The notes beneath the pieces were generated by a model. It worked only from the letters and a program-made list of their open reading frames with translations. It ran no database searches and was not told the DNA's origin. The translations under genes were made by a program, and so were the position numbers. Below, piece after piece: positions 18,050-28,064 of a stretch of 64,000 bases of DNA. This stretch comes from Myxococcota bacterium. Lineage in GTDB: Bacteria; Myxococcota_A; UBA796; CAJQPC01. Where the stretch lies: the NCBI GenBank assembly GCA_036229005.1, contig JAZAMN010000024.1:64001-128000 (forward strand), given 5' to 3'. The first letter of the stretch is position 1. Every line of letters begins with the position of its first letter.

Positions 18050-19723
18050 TCAGTCGTTCTGGAGCTTCCAGTTCAGGACGAGGCAGTCGATGGGGCTGGG
18101 CGCTGAGCCGTAGGCCTCCTCCATGGTGGCCTCGTTTGCGCCCTCAGCCAGCAAGGCGTGGCAGGGGATCACGACGCTCCGGGCGATGAGCTCCGCAGTG
18201 CGCTCCATCACCCACTGCCCCTCGGCCCCGTGATCCTTGAGAGCGGCCCCGACGCCGTCCTCGAAGGGCAGGGCGTTCCCGCGCTCGTCGAAGTTCACGA
18301 CGGTCATGTCGTAGGCGAAGAACATCGCCACCGCGGCGATGGGGTAGTGGTTCTCCTCCAGCAGGGGGAGCCCTCCGCGGTCGGGGGTCAGGTCGCGCTC
18401 CAGGGAGTTGGCGATCTTCACGCGGCGGGCCCGGTCGTCGCCGTCTTCGGTGGAGACGTAGAGGCAGGTGTTGCCGTTGTCGAGCTTGGCGGTCTCCGTG
18501 ATGATGCTCTCGCCAGGCTGCATCCAGTCCAGATACCCGGCCGCCTTGGCGGTCTCGCCCAGGGCCTCGGCGCGCAGGGCCTCGCCGGAGGGGTCGGTGT
18601 ACTGGTCCACGCTCTTGGTGATCAGCGCGTCCAGTCCAGCGTCCAGGCCGAGCTGGCTGGCCTGCCGGTAGCTCAGGTGCATGGGGCCGCGCCCGCAGAC
18701 CGGGTTGCCGGTGGCGTCCACCACCTGGGAGAAGCCCATCGCGTCGGGACGGTCGGCGGCCGCGTAGGCCAGCAGGGTGGCCGCGTCGTAGTCCAGCCCG
18801 GAGCTCAGGAGCGCCTCGCGCATCTCGAAGTAGGGGTGCTTGGAGGTGGGCTTGGTGATGGTGTAGCCGTCGATCCCCAGCAGGGTCTCCTTGGCCTTGC
18901 CCCGGACCATCTCCAGGAGCACGTCCTCCTTCTGCAGGGCCGCCGTCAGGCCGGGCTGCCCGGTGATCGCGCCCGCCAGCTCGGAGAACTCCATGTCCTC
19001 AGGGCGCTTGTCGGCCGTCGCCACGTCCAGGGCGACCTTGCAGCTCTCGTGCTTGCGGGTCCAGGTCCCGATCTCCTTCTTCATGCCGCGGGCCCGGCAG
19101 CCCTGGCGGGCTCCGAAGATCCAGCCGCCGCCCATCGTGAACGCCACCGTCGCGATCATGATGAGGTTCCGGGGCATGAAGATCGCGCCCGAGACCACAA
19201 AGGTGTAGCCGCGCTGCAGGAACTGGCCGGGGGCCGTGGTGAGCAGCCGCGTCCAGATCTGCCGCTTGCCCTCCTGGGCGAACTTCTCCTTGGTCATCTT
19301 CTTGCCGAAGCGACCAAAGCGTCCGGGGCCGCCACCCCCGCGGCGGGCCTCTTCCCGCTCCTTCTGGAGCTCCTCGGGCAGCGCGTCCAGCTCCACCACA
19401 AAGCGCGGGCCCTGCTCGGTGACGAGCGCGATGGCGTCCCCCGAGTTGATGGCCACCGCCGAGGTCACCTGCCGGGGGCGGCCGCGGTTCCGCGTGTACA
19501 GGAACACGGGGGCCGAGCGGTCCACGGGGGCCAGGATCAGGTCCTGGGGCCCCTGCCGGAGGATGCGCAGGTGGGACTCGAACACGCCCAGCGACGCCGC
19601 CAGGACGATGTCGTTGTTGTCCTTGTCGGTGCCCAGCCGGACCTCGGCGCCCTCGAAGGGGCCAAAGCGTGTCCCGCCGAACTCCGGAGTGAGCCTCAGA
19701 TACAGAGCCAGATCGTGCTGCAC
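18050..19723 (-). CDS. FHA-like N-terminal domain, single TM, extracytoplasmic domain
   Basis: VRLGTDKDNNDIVL...VFESHLRI; TM LIMIATVAFTMGGGWIF. Confidence 0.7.
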   Translation of the reverse strand: MQHDLALYLRLTPEFGGTRFGPFEGAEVRLGTDKDNNDIVLAASLGVFESHLRILRQGPQDLILAPVDRSAPVFLYTRNRGRPRQVTSAVAINSGDAIALVTEQGPRFVVELDALPEELQKEREEARRGGGGPGRFGRFGKKMTKEKFAQEGKRQIWTRLLTTAPGQFLQRGYTFVVSGAIFMPRNLIMIATVAFTMGGGWIFGARQGCRARGMKKEIGTWTRKHESCKVALDVATADKRPEDMEFSELAGAITGQPGLTAALQKEDVLLEMVRGKAKETLLGIDGYTITKPTSKHPYFEMREALLSSGLDYDAATLLAYAAADRPDAMGFSQVVDATGNPVCGRGPMHLSYRQASQLGLDAGLDALITKSVDQYTDPSGEALRAEALGETAKAAGYLDWMQPGESIITETAKLDNGNTCLYVSTEDGDDRARRVKIANSLERDLTPDRGGLPLLEENHYPIAAVAMFFAYDMTVVNFDERGNALPFEDGVGAALKDHGAEGQWVMERTAELIARSVVIPCHALLAEGANEATMEEAYGSAPSPIDCLVLNWKLQND

Positions 19724-19762
19724 GGCTACACGCTATCAGGCGCGCAGAGGTAGCGTGCGGCC

Positions 19763-20761
19763 GTGAACATCTTCCTGATCCCGTACAACTGGCTGCGCCA
19801 CGTCCAGGTGGCCCTGGTGACTGGCGGCGCGGCCCTGCTGTCCTGGTGGGTCCTGCTGTCGTGGATGGTGCTCCGCGGGCCCGCCTGGAGCCCGATCTGG
19901 GACGGGGCCCTGTTCCTGGTCGGCATCGCCGCATCCACCGCCGGCGCCTCGATCTGGGCGGAAGGCTCACTCGCCCGCCAGCCCCTCTGGAAGCGCACCG
20001 GCCGCACCGCCCTGGCCATGGGCCTCTCCGGCGGCTTCTCCCTGCTCTGGTTCTTCCTCTGGCACGGCCTCGTGGTCCCCCGTGTCTTCGACGCCGACGG
20101 TGGCGACGCCTCCCTGGTCAGCCTGCGCTACCGCCTGGGCGCCTTCCTGATGGTGGGCTCCTCCACGGCCATCGGCTGCCTCATCGCCCGCAAGGGCGCC
20201 GGCTTCTTCGAGCACGTCGGGGCCGGGTTCACCGCGGGGCTCGCCGGGGCCGCCACCTGGCACGCCCTCAACAGCGTCCTCCACGACCTCTACCTGGCCG
20301 GTGCCTTCGGCGCGATGGCCATGGGCGGCACCTTCGGCCTGCTCGCCTGGGGCATCCCCGAGAGCTTCTACGCCGGCTGGCTGCGCGTGCTCACGCCCTT
20401 CCGCTTCGGCCACCGCATCCCCGTGGACGCCCTCTCCGGCGGCGCCAAGGAGCGCTTCATCGGCAGCTACCCCCGGGGCCTCGACCTGCGCCTGGGGCCC
20501 TACGTGGACGCCAACGTCGGCGCGGTCCGGAAGCTCCACGTCTCCGTGGTCTACGACGGCAAGGAGGCCTACCGCCTGCGCGGCCTCTCCCAGTCCCCCA
20601 GCCGCCTCCGTCGCCTGCTCGAGAGCCTGGATCTGCGCTACGACCCCCGCCGCCCGGCCCCCCTGGAGACCCGCCTGCACAGCGGGGACCTCATCGAGCT
20701 CGGCGAGGGCCAGGAGGGCGCGGTGGTGGAGTTCATCCTGCTCCCCAAGGAGGAGAAGTAG
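19763..20761 (+). CDS. Multi-TM membrane protein with C-terminal FHA-like domain
   Basis: About 6 TM segments, then FIGSYPRGLDL..VRKLHVSV..RLHSGDLIELG. Confidence 0.7.
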   Translation: MNIFLIPYNWLRHVQVALVTGGAALLSWWVLLSWMVLRGPAWSPIWDGALFLVGIAASTAGASIWAEGSLARQPLWKRTGRTALAMGLSGGFSLLWFFLWHGLVVPRVFDADGGDASLVSLRYRLGAFLMVGSSTAIGCLIARKGAGFFEHVGAGFTAGLAGAATWHALNSVLHDLYLAGAFGAMAMGGTFGLLAWGIPESFYAGWLRVLTPFRFGHRIPVDALSGGAKERFIGSYPRGLDLRLGPYVDANVGAVRKLHVSVVYDGKEAYRLRGLSQSPSRLRRLLESLDLRYDPRRPAPLETRLHSGDLIELGEGQEGAVVEFILLPKEEK

Positions 20762-22252
20762 GTGGCGCTCGCAGTGTGGCTCCTCACCCTCTCGCTCTTT
20801 GGGTGCAGCAAGGACACCAGAACACCCATCGGCGCCGGCGAGGACCTGCCGATGCACACCGTGCCCGGGCACACCTTCCGCATCTCCGACGAGGTGCGCG
20901 AGGAGAACGCCCAGCTCCAGGTGGACGTGCTCACCGACACCCGCTCCTGCAACATGGACGGCGTCGACAGGGTCGAGGACTGCCTGCCCTACCTGGACCG
21001 CGCCAGCGGGCAGGTGCGCCTGAGTGTGCGCTTCACCCTGGCCGGCGGGACCGTCCCGCTGCCTCTGACCCGAGATCACCTCGCCGTCTTCCACGATGGC
21101 TTCGAGGTTGGGACGAACGCCGACTCCCGCGTGGAGGTTGTGCCCCACGACCCCCTGGACACCCCCCAGCTCTTCATCCTCGTCATCGACGGCTCCGGCT
21201 CCATGCTGGAGGACGACGGCAAGAAGCTCACCCGCATCGAGCGCGTGCGGAAGGCCCTCCAGGACAAGGCGGTGGTCGACCGCTTCCTGCCGCCCGGCGG
21301 GGAGAACGGCGTGGTCCTGCTGAACTTCTCCAGCGACGACCCCCAGCCCGTGGGCCCCAAGCTCGGCATCATCAAGGGGCCGCGCCACTACGACAAGGTG
21401 GTCGACCGCCTGCAGCCGCTGCGGGGCTACACCCACCTCTACCAGGCCGTGCGCTACGCCACCGGTCCGCTGCTCGACGAGCCCGACATCCGGCGCTTTC
21501 TGGAGAAGAACCAGGCGCAGCCGGTGGTGGTCGTGCTCACCGACGGCTTCAACAACGAGGCCGCCTCCGACACCTGCGCGGACAACGCCCGGCGCCTCAG
21601 CGACCTGCTGGAGCACCTCCAGGGCGTGCGCGACCTCTCGCTCCGGGACCCCGAGACCGTGCCCCTGGTCTACACCGTGGGCCTGGGCGACGGCCTCCCC
21701 GGCCTGGACACCCAGCTGCGCGGCGTGCAGGCCGGCAAGACCAAGGTCAGCGCCAGCGATCTCTGCGGGCGCTACGCGGATCGCCGTATCGATGGCCAGC
21801 TCGAGCGCGACGGCATCGACCGTGTCTCCCTGGAGTGGGTGGCCCGACACGGCGGCGGCTTCGCCTACGTCAGCCGCGGATCCAAGGGCCTCGGGCGCGC
21901 CTTCCAGGACGCCGCTGCCACCCGCTATCGGTGGTTCGAGGTGCGCTATCAGGTGGACCCGGCCTATCTGCGTCGCCGCTTCGACACCAAGATCCGCCTC
22001 ACCGCCTTCGCCCAGGGCGAGAGCGAGGTCACCCTGGAGCCCAGCGCTTGGCTGGATCCGCCCACCGGCGAGCTCTCCCGCCGCAGCGACCTGGCCGGCT
22101 GGGTCGAGCCCGTGCCCTACCGCAGCTCCGCCGGCGTGGTCATGACCGTGCTCGGTCTGCTGGTCTCGGCGACCTTCCTGGGGGCCGCGCTCTTCAACAT
22201 CAGCCGGGTGGCCTCGGGCCGCCGCAAGCCGCGCTCGGGTCCCAAGGGCTGA
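20762..22252 (+). CDS. vWA-domain lipoprotein with C-terminal TM
   Basis: LFGC lipobox; MIDAS DGSGSM, T.LYQA, VVLTDG, VYTVGLG. Confidence 0.85.
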   Translation: MALAVWLLTLSLFGCSKDTRTPIGAGEDLPMHTVPGHTFRISDEVREENAQLQVDVLTDTRSCNMDGVDRVEDCLPYLDRASGQVRLSVRFTLAGGTVPLPLTRDHLAVFHDGFEVGTNADSRVEVVPHDPLDTPQLFILVIDGSGSMLEDDGKKLTRIERVRKALQDKAVVDRFLPPGGENGVVLLNFSSDDPQPVGPKLGIIKGPRHYDKVVDRLQPLRGYTHLYQAVRYATGPLLDEPDIRRFLEKNQAQPVVVVLTDGFNNEAASDTCADNARRLSDLLEHLQGVRDLSLRDPETVPLVYTVGLGDGLPGLDTQLRGVQAGKTKVSASDLCGRYADRRIDGQLERDGIDRVSLEWVARHGGGFAYVSRGSKGLGRAFQDAAATRYRWFEVRYQVDPAYLRRRFDTKIRLTAFAQGESEVTLEPSAWLDPPTGELSRRSDLAGWVEPVPYRSSAGVVMTVLGLLVSATFLGAALFNISRVASGRRKPRSGPKG

Positions 22253-22317
22253 GTCTGCTGAAAGGTGAGCCCGGGTGTCTGCGTTAGACTGACAGCCTCA
22301 CCTCTTAGGGGATCCCC

Positions 22318-24501
22318 TTGAGCCGCTACATCCGGAACTACGAGATCGTGCGCGAGCTGGGCGCAGGCCACTTCGGGCAGGTGTTCGTCGGCGTGGGCGA
22401 GGTCCCCGGGCGCGGCCTGAACGCCGGCCGCCGCCGCATGGTCGCCATCAAGCAGCTCAAGCACCAGGATCCCCACCACCGGGAGCTCCTGGTCCGCGAG
22501 TTCGAGCTGTTGGACGAGGTCAAGCACCGCGGGATCGTCCGCGTCTTCGAGTTCCTGGCCGACGAGAACGCCGTCATCATGGAGTACGTGCACGGCATCA
22601 CCCTGCGCAAGCTGCTGGACGAGTGCCTGCGCGCCCGCGAGCAGGTGTTCACCGAGGCCGCCATCGAGATGGTCTGCGAGCTGGCTGACGCGCTCTACCA
22701 GGCCTACACGACCCCCGGGGACAACGGCGAGCACCTGCAGCTCGTGCACCGGGACCTCAAGCCCGAGAACATCATGGTCACCCCCCGGGGTGAGGTGAAG
22801 ATCCTGGACTTCGGCCTGGCCCGCGTCGACAACAGCGAGTACGCGCCCGAGACCAACGACCGCATCAAGGGCACGCCGGTCTACATGAGCCCCGAGCAGG
22901 CCTCCGGGCAGCTCGTGGACCACCGCAGCGACCTGTTCTCGCTGGGGCTGATCGCGTACGAGCTCTTCATGAACAAGCCGGCGTACACGGTCTCCCGGTA
23001 CAGCCGCGACCCCATGGGCGAGATCTTCGACGCCATCGAGCGCGGCGCCCTGCACGCCCAGATCCAGGAGCTCGAGGTCAAGCTCCCCGGCGTCGGCCCC
23101 ATCATCGCCCGGCTGCTTCAGGCCAACCCCCACAGCCGCTACCAGACCGGTCAGGACCTGCTCGTGGACCTGCGCCGCCAGCTCTACCGCGACCGCGGCA
23201 GCTACCTGGGCGAGTTCTGCGAGTTCTTCTTTGGCAGCATCCACGACCTGCCCCCCGCGCCCGATCCCGACGCCCCCTTCCGCTCCGGCAGCCGCGCCCG
23301 CAGCTCCCAGTCCCGCAGCGCGACCAGCTCCGGCTCCGGCCGCCGCATGACGATGGAGGAGCGCCTGCGTGCCTCCATGGCCCGCGAAGCCCAGGCCAAG
23401 CGCGCCGCCGAGAAGCCCTCCACCTGGCGGGGTGGGGGACGTGAGGCACCTCGCTCCGCGCCCCGGGTCCCGCCTGCGCCTCCCTCCGAGCCCCCTCGCC
23501 CTGCGCCCCCTGCGGCCCGGACCTCCGGGTCTGGAGCGGCTCTGCGGACCTCGGGCTCGGGTGGCCCACCGCTCTCGGGTCGGAAGCCCACGGACCCCGG
23601 GATGCTCTCGTTCGTAGACGAGGACGACGGCTTCGGCGCCGAGATCGGCGGCGAGGAGGGCAGCGCCACCGCCTTCTTCGCCATCCCCCAGCTCAAGGAG
23701 GCCGCCCGCCCGGCGGCTCCCACGGCGACCCCGGTGACCCCCGTCGCGGCTCCCTCCGCACCCCCTGTGGCTCCGGTTGCGGCTCCGATGGGGGGATCGC
23801 CTCCGCCCATGGCCCCCGCGCCGGGTGGTGCTGCGCCCATCGCCCAGGGCCCCGTCGCCCAGGGCCCGGTGGCCGAGTACAAGGCCGGGAGCCCCGTCGG
23901 ACCCGGCGGCGGCGCGCCCGTGCCACCCCCCGCCACCGACAGCGGACGCACCGAGTCCAAGCGCGTGGCCTTCATCATCCTGGGCATGTTCATGCTGCTC
24001 GGCGTCGCGACCTTCCTGGCCATCTGGGGCAGCACCATCCTGGGCAGGGATGACGGGAGAGGGGAGCCCATCGTGGCCGAGCGGGGAGACCCCATCAACT
24101 CCACCAGTACCCAGTCCACCAAGGAGCCGGATCCGCCCGCAGCCGAGGACACCGGGGCACCGACCCAGGAGCGGCCGGTGCGGCAGACCCCGCGTCAGCC
24201 GCGCAACCCCACGCCGCGCACCACCACCAGCACGGGCACCGCGAGCGCGGCGCCCAAGACCCCCTCGGGCAGCCTCAAGGTCAAGGTCAGCGGTGGCCCC
24301 ACCTATGTCTCGCTGAACTGCAGCGATGGGACCCGCGGCCGGGCCAACATCTCCGGTGGCGTCGCCAGCTTCCAGGGCGTGCCTGGCAGCGGCTGCGAGC
24401 TGAGCTTTGGTGGGCACGGCGCCAAGGCGGTGTACCGGAACGTCGGCGGCGGCCGGACCTTGACCTGCTCGGTGGACGGAGGCACCGCCAACTGTAGCTG
24501 A
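22318..24501 (+). CDS. Hanks-type Ser/Thr protein kinase with Pro-rich linker, TM and extracytoplasmic domain
   Basis: LGAGHFGQV, VAIK, HRDLKPEN, DFG, GTPVYMSPEQ, SDLFSLG. Confidence 0.95.
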   Translation: MSRYIRNYEIVRELGAGHFGQVFVGVGEVPGRGLNAGRRRMVAIKQLKHQDPHHRELLVREFELLDEVKHRGIVRVFEFLADENAVIMEYVHGITLRKLLDECLRAREQVFTEAAIEMVCELADALYQAYTTPGDNGEHLQLVHRDLKPENIMVTPRGEVKILDFGLARVDNSEYAPETNDRIKGTPVYMSPEQASGQLVDHRSDLFSLGLIAYELFMNKPAYTVSRYSRDPMGEIFDAIERGALHAQIQELEVKLPGVGPIIARLLQANPHSRYQTGQDLLVDLRRQLYRDRGSYLGEFCEFFFGSIHDLPPAPDPDAPFRSGSRARSSQSRSATSSGSGRRMTMEERLRASMAREAQAKRAAEKPSTWRGGGREAPRSAPRVPPAPPSEPPRPAPPAARTSGSGAALRTSGSGGPPLSGRKPTDPGMLSFVDEDDGFGAEIGGEEGSATAFFAIPQLKEAARPAAPTATPVTPVAAPSAPPVAPVAAPMGGSPPPMAPAPGGAAPIAQGPVAQGPVAEYKAGSPVGPGGGAPVPPPATDSGRTESKRVAFIILGMFMLLGVATFLAIWGSTILGRDDGRGEPIVAERGDPINSTSTQSTKEPDPPAAEDTGAPTQERPVRQTPRQPRNPTPRTTTSTGTASAAPKTPSGSLKVKVSGGPTYVSLNCSDGTRGRANISGGVASFQGVPGSGCELSFGGHGAKAVYRNVGGGRTLTCSVDGGTANCS

Positions 24502-24577
24502 GCGTCGGGCCAAGCAGCTCCTCGCCGACGCCAGCCGGTGCATCCCTGTTAGACTCGGCGTCCCTGTCGAGAGGTAG

Positions 24578-26467
24578 ATGTTGATCTTCGCGCTGCTCAT
24601 CGCCTTCTTCTCTCCCCCTGCGTTCGCTGAGGTCCCCCGGAGCGACGGCCCCGCCGTGTCTGTCGAGGCCCCCCTCTTTGGCGAGAAGAAGGAGGAGCGG
24701 GAGGAGGAGATCTCCGAGGCTGAGAAGGAGGCCCTGCAGAAGCGCAAGGACCGCGCCGCGCGCGTGGTCGTGCTCAAGTGGCCCGACACCTCGGTGGACT
24801 ACCAGGACGAGACGATCCAGCGGAACGTGCGCTCCCGGATCGACCGGGCGGACGCCCTGTTCTTCCCGTCGGTGGACCTGTACCAGAACGGCCGCAAGTA
24901 CCCGGACCGCTCCATCAAGCCGGTGGACCAGCCCGCGACCGTGCCTGACGGCAACCTGGAGCTGCTTCGGCAGGCCGCGGTGGAGACCTCGACCCTGAGC
25001 TGGAGCGACCTGTCCCCGGGTGAGTGGGGTCTGCGCGGCAAGGAGCTGATCCGCCTGGAGGACCGCGTCTGGTTCATCGAGAAGGTGGAGCAGCGCGAGC
25101 CCGTGTTCCTGCTGTACGCGATGATCGGCTACGCGGCGGAGAACTCCGACGACGGCGGCCCCCCCTTCTACGAGGCCATCGGCGGTCGCTCGGTGACCTA
25201 CTACTACTACCTGGCCGCGACCATGGCGTACCAGGACCCCTCGCTGCTCTCCTCGATCACCAACCAGGAGATCAAGGGCCAGATCAACTTCTACCTGGAG
25301 CAGCTCCAGAACGACGAGTTCCCGCACTTCCCCATCGACTTCGAGCTGGAGGACTTCTTCGACAAGGAGTCCTTCGACAAGGAGTACGAGGTCTACCTCA
25401 ACGGCCTCCCGGTGGATGTGGACGAGGAGGGGCAGATCCAGGTGCCCCTGGGGCGCCTCGACATCTACATGAAGCGCAAGGACACGGGCCACTCCCTGTC
25501 CGACAAGCTGGTCGTCGACAAGTTCGAGGACAAGGCCTACTTCGTGCGGAACGACGCCCGCAAGAAGATGGGCATCGACTTCATCGACCAGCTCATGCTG
25601 CACCCCAACGAGTGCAGCCCGGAGCTGGACGGCGACATCCTCAACTTCCTGGCCATCTACGCCAAGCTGCACCCCAAGGCCGAGGTCTACATCGCGGTCC
25701 CGCGCTACGGAAACCCCAACAAGGTGTTCATCTGGCGCTATGACCGGACCTCGGGGACCCTGCAGCGCGTGGGAGGTGCCGACGATGGCTACCCGGTGCG
25801 CTTCGCGGCCACCATCGGCGCGGGGCTGCTCTACAACGGCGCCTCGGCCAGCCTGAGCCCCAACCTGGAGGACCCCAGCATCGCGGACGGTCTTGCCAGC
25901 GGGGACGCCAGCGGGCTGGTGAACGCGGACTACGACCTGAGCGCCGGCGGCCTGCCTCTGGACATCCAGCTCCGCGGCCACTGGTCCCGGCTGATGGTGG
26001 GGTTTGGCATCGAGCACGCCTACAACCTCTCTGAAGACGGCGCCTGGGCCGAGGTCTACCGCACGCCCGTGCACGCCGGGCCCTACGCCGATGACGACAT
26101 CCGGGTGGCGGACACAGGCGCGGACGGCGAGCCCAAGCCGGAGGCGCTGCACTACCGCTTCTGGGCCCGGAACATCTACGGGAACGTGGGCGTGGTGCTC
26201 GGCCGGGACGCGGCGCTCGGCTTCGGCCCCCGCTTCTCGATGCGGGTCGGTGGGCTCAACGCCCCGCACGCGGTGTCGACCACCGCCCACTTTGGCTACT
26301 CCTGGCAGCCCCCGCTGGACGCGCTCCAGGCAGGGGACCGGGTGCGGCCCATGGTGGACTTCGACATCCGCGGGGGGGCCGCCTGGCCGCTGGCTGATTC
26401 GATCAGCCAGGAGAAAGCGGCGTACCCTGTGGTTGGATTCACTGCCGGAATCGGCACAACCTTCTGA
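24578..26467 (+). CDS. Exported protein, PEGA-like middle, probable C-terminal outer-membrane barrel
   Basis: Signal peptide ending AFA; EVYLNG; ends GFTAGIGTTF. Confidence 0.65.
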   Translation: MLIFALLIAFFSPPAFAEVPRSDGPAVSVEAPLFGEKKEEREEEISEAEKEALQKRKDRAARVVVLKWPDTSVDYQDETIQRNVRSRIDRADALFFPSVDLYQNGRKYPDRSIKPVDQPATVPDGNLELLRQAAVETSTLSWSDLSPGEWGLRGKELIRLEDRVWFIEKVEQREPVFLLYAMIGYAAENSDDGGPPFYEAIGGRSVTYYYYLAATMAYQDPSLLSSITNQEIKGQINFYLEQLQNDEFPHFPIDFELEDFFDKESFDKEYEVYLNGLPVDVDEEGQIQVPLGRLDIYMKRKDTGHSLSDKLVVDKFEDKAYFVRNDARKKMGIDFIDQLMLHPNECSPELDGDILNFLAIYAKLHPKAEVYIAVPRYGNPNKVFIWRYDRTSGTLQRVGGADDGYPVRFAATIGAGLLYNGASASLSPNLEDPSIADGLASGDASGLVNADYDLSAGGLPLDIQLRGHWSRLMVGFGIEHAYNLSEDGAWAEVYRTPVHAGPYADDDIRVADTGADGEPKPEALHYRFWARNIYGNVGVVLGRDAALGFGPRFSMRVGGLNAPHAVSTTAHFGYSWQPPLDALQAGDRVRPMVDFDIRGGAAWPLADSISQEKAAYPVVGFTAGIGTTF

Positions 26468-26475
26468 GCCTCTCC

Positions 26476-28011
26476 ATGTCTCCGCTGCTTCTTTGCTGGC
26501 TCTCGTCGACGGCGCTCGCTCAGCAGGCGCCCGCCCCTGCGCCTGTGGTGGTCTGGGTCGAGCGTCAGCTCCCTGAGGAGAAGACGCTGCGCAAGGTCGC
26601 CCGGCTCGCTGGGGGGGAGCCCACCCACTACAGCGGGCGCAACCTGTCTTTCCCGCCCGCGCCCTGGAGCTCCGCGGACGAGCAGGCCTACACGGACCTC
26701 TCCCGGGCCGTGGAGTCTGGTCACGAGCGCTTCGAGGAGTTCGAGGTGGAGCTGTCCATCGCCCAGGAGGTGATGGCCGCTGTGGAGCAGGTCGGGGTCA
26801 TCCGGGACGAAACAGACCGGGCCGCCATCGTCGAGGCCATGCTGCTTGTCGGCGCCGCCGTCGACCTCGCCTTCGTGCCCCAGGACCTGGAGAACTCGGG
26901 TCAGGCCAAGGACCTGCGCCTGGAGCTGCCTGGCATCGTCGCGAACAAGGCGCTGCTCAGCGCCGCCGTGCTGGAGCCCGAGAAGACCTGGGTGCGCTCC
27001 GATCTGCGCACCGGGAGCGCCTACAAGGCCCTGCTCGGGCTGGTCGAGCTCATCCCGAAGCTGGCCACCGGGACCCTCAAGACCGGGGAGCTCCCGGCGG
27101 ACACCCAGGTCATCGTGGATGGCCACCCGACCCCTGTGAGCGGCGGGAGCCTCAAGCTCCACCCCGGTCACCACTGGGTGCACGTGCTTGTGGACGGCGT
27201 GATCACCGGCCGCGGAGAGGTCGACATCTACCCCGGAACGCCCACGGAGATGCCCCGCCTGGTGGACGACAGCGAGCTGACCCAGGCCGACCGCCGGGTG
27301 AGCGTTGGCGCCGCGGATGGGCTGCCCGCGGACGTGGTGCAGAGCATCGCGCTGCTCTCGGGCCAGCACCCGGGCGCGCCGGTGTTCCTGGCCAGCCTGG
27401 ACCCGGAGGGCAAGCTCTCGCTGGTGCCCTACTCGGACAACGCGGTGGTCACCAAGCCCCAGGCCGTGACCTTCACGCTGGGCGCCGAGGTCGGCGGCGG
27501 CGCGGTCGCCACGCCCGCCTTCCGCTTCACCGATCCGGACGAGCCGAACACCGACACCAGCTTGCTCTTCGCCCCCGCGGCGCAGGGCGCCTTCGACCTG
27601 GAGCTGGGCATCTACAACCTGGCCATCCTGGGCGGCGTCGAGGTGAACATCACCCCCACCCGCAACCTGCCCTACGGGGTGGAGGGCCAGCAGAGCGCCG
27701 ACCAGAACCTCAGCGTCCCTGTCTACGTCAAGGGCTACGGTGGCCTGGGTGTGTACCTGATCCGTCCCAACAAGGTCGAGCGCCCCACGCTGCTGGTGGC
27801 GGGCCAGTACGGTTACTTCTCGCCTGGCTGGATGGGCTACGGTGGGCGGGTGACCCTGGGCATCCCGATGCGTCCCGGTAGCTGGTTCAAGTTCAGCCTC
27901 GTCGGCTTCTCCGGGGAGCCCATCCCTGCCTGGAAGGACGCGCCCTATTTCCCGGAGAACACACCGCTGATCAGCGGCGGACTCCGGCTGGGCTTCCAGT
28001 CCACCTTCTGA
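26476..28011 (+). CDS. Exported PEGA-domain protein with probable C-terminal barrel
   Basis: Signal peptide ending ALA; PADTQVIVDG..LHPGHHWVHV; ends GLRLGFQSTF. Confidence 0.68.
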   Translation: MSPLLLCWLSSTALAQQAPAPAPVVVWVERQLPEEKTLRKVARLAGGEPTHYSGRNLSFPPAPWSSADEQAYTDLSRAVESGHERFEEFEVELSIAQEVMAAVEQVGVIRDETDRAAIVEAMLLVGAAVDLAFVPQDLENSGQAKDLRLELPGIVANKALLSAAVLEPEKTWVRSDLRTGSAYKALLGLVELIPKLATGTLKTGELPADTQVIVDGHPTPVSGGSLKLHPGHHWVHVLVDGVITGRGEVDIYPGTPTEMPRLVDDSELTQADRRVSVGAADGLPADVVQSIALLSGQHPGAPVFLASLDPEGKLSLVPYSDNAVVTKPQAVTFTLGAEVGGGAVATPAFRFTDPDEPNTDTSLLFAPAAQGAFDLELGIYNLAILGGVEVNITPTRNLPYGVEGQQSADQNLSVPVYVKGYGGLGVYLIRPNKVERPTLLVAGQYGYFSPGWMGYGGRVTLGIPMRPGSWFKFSLVGFSGEPIPAWKDAPYFPENTPLISGGLRLGFQSTF

Positions 28012-28064
28012 TACGGGAGTGAACGCGGTCCCTCGGGGGTCTGCAAGCTCCATGGGGATCACAG

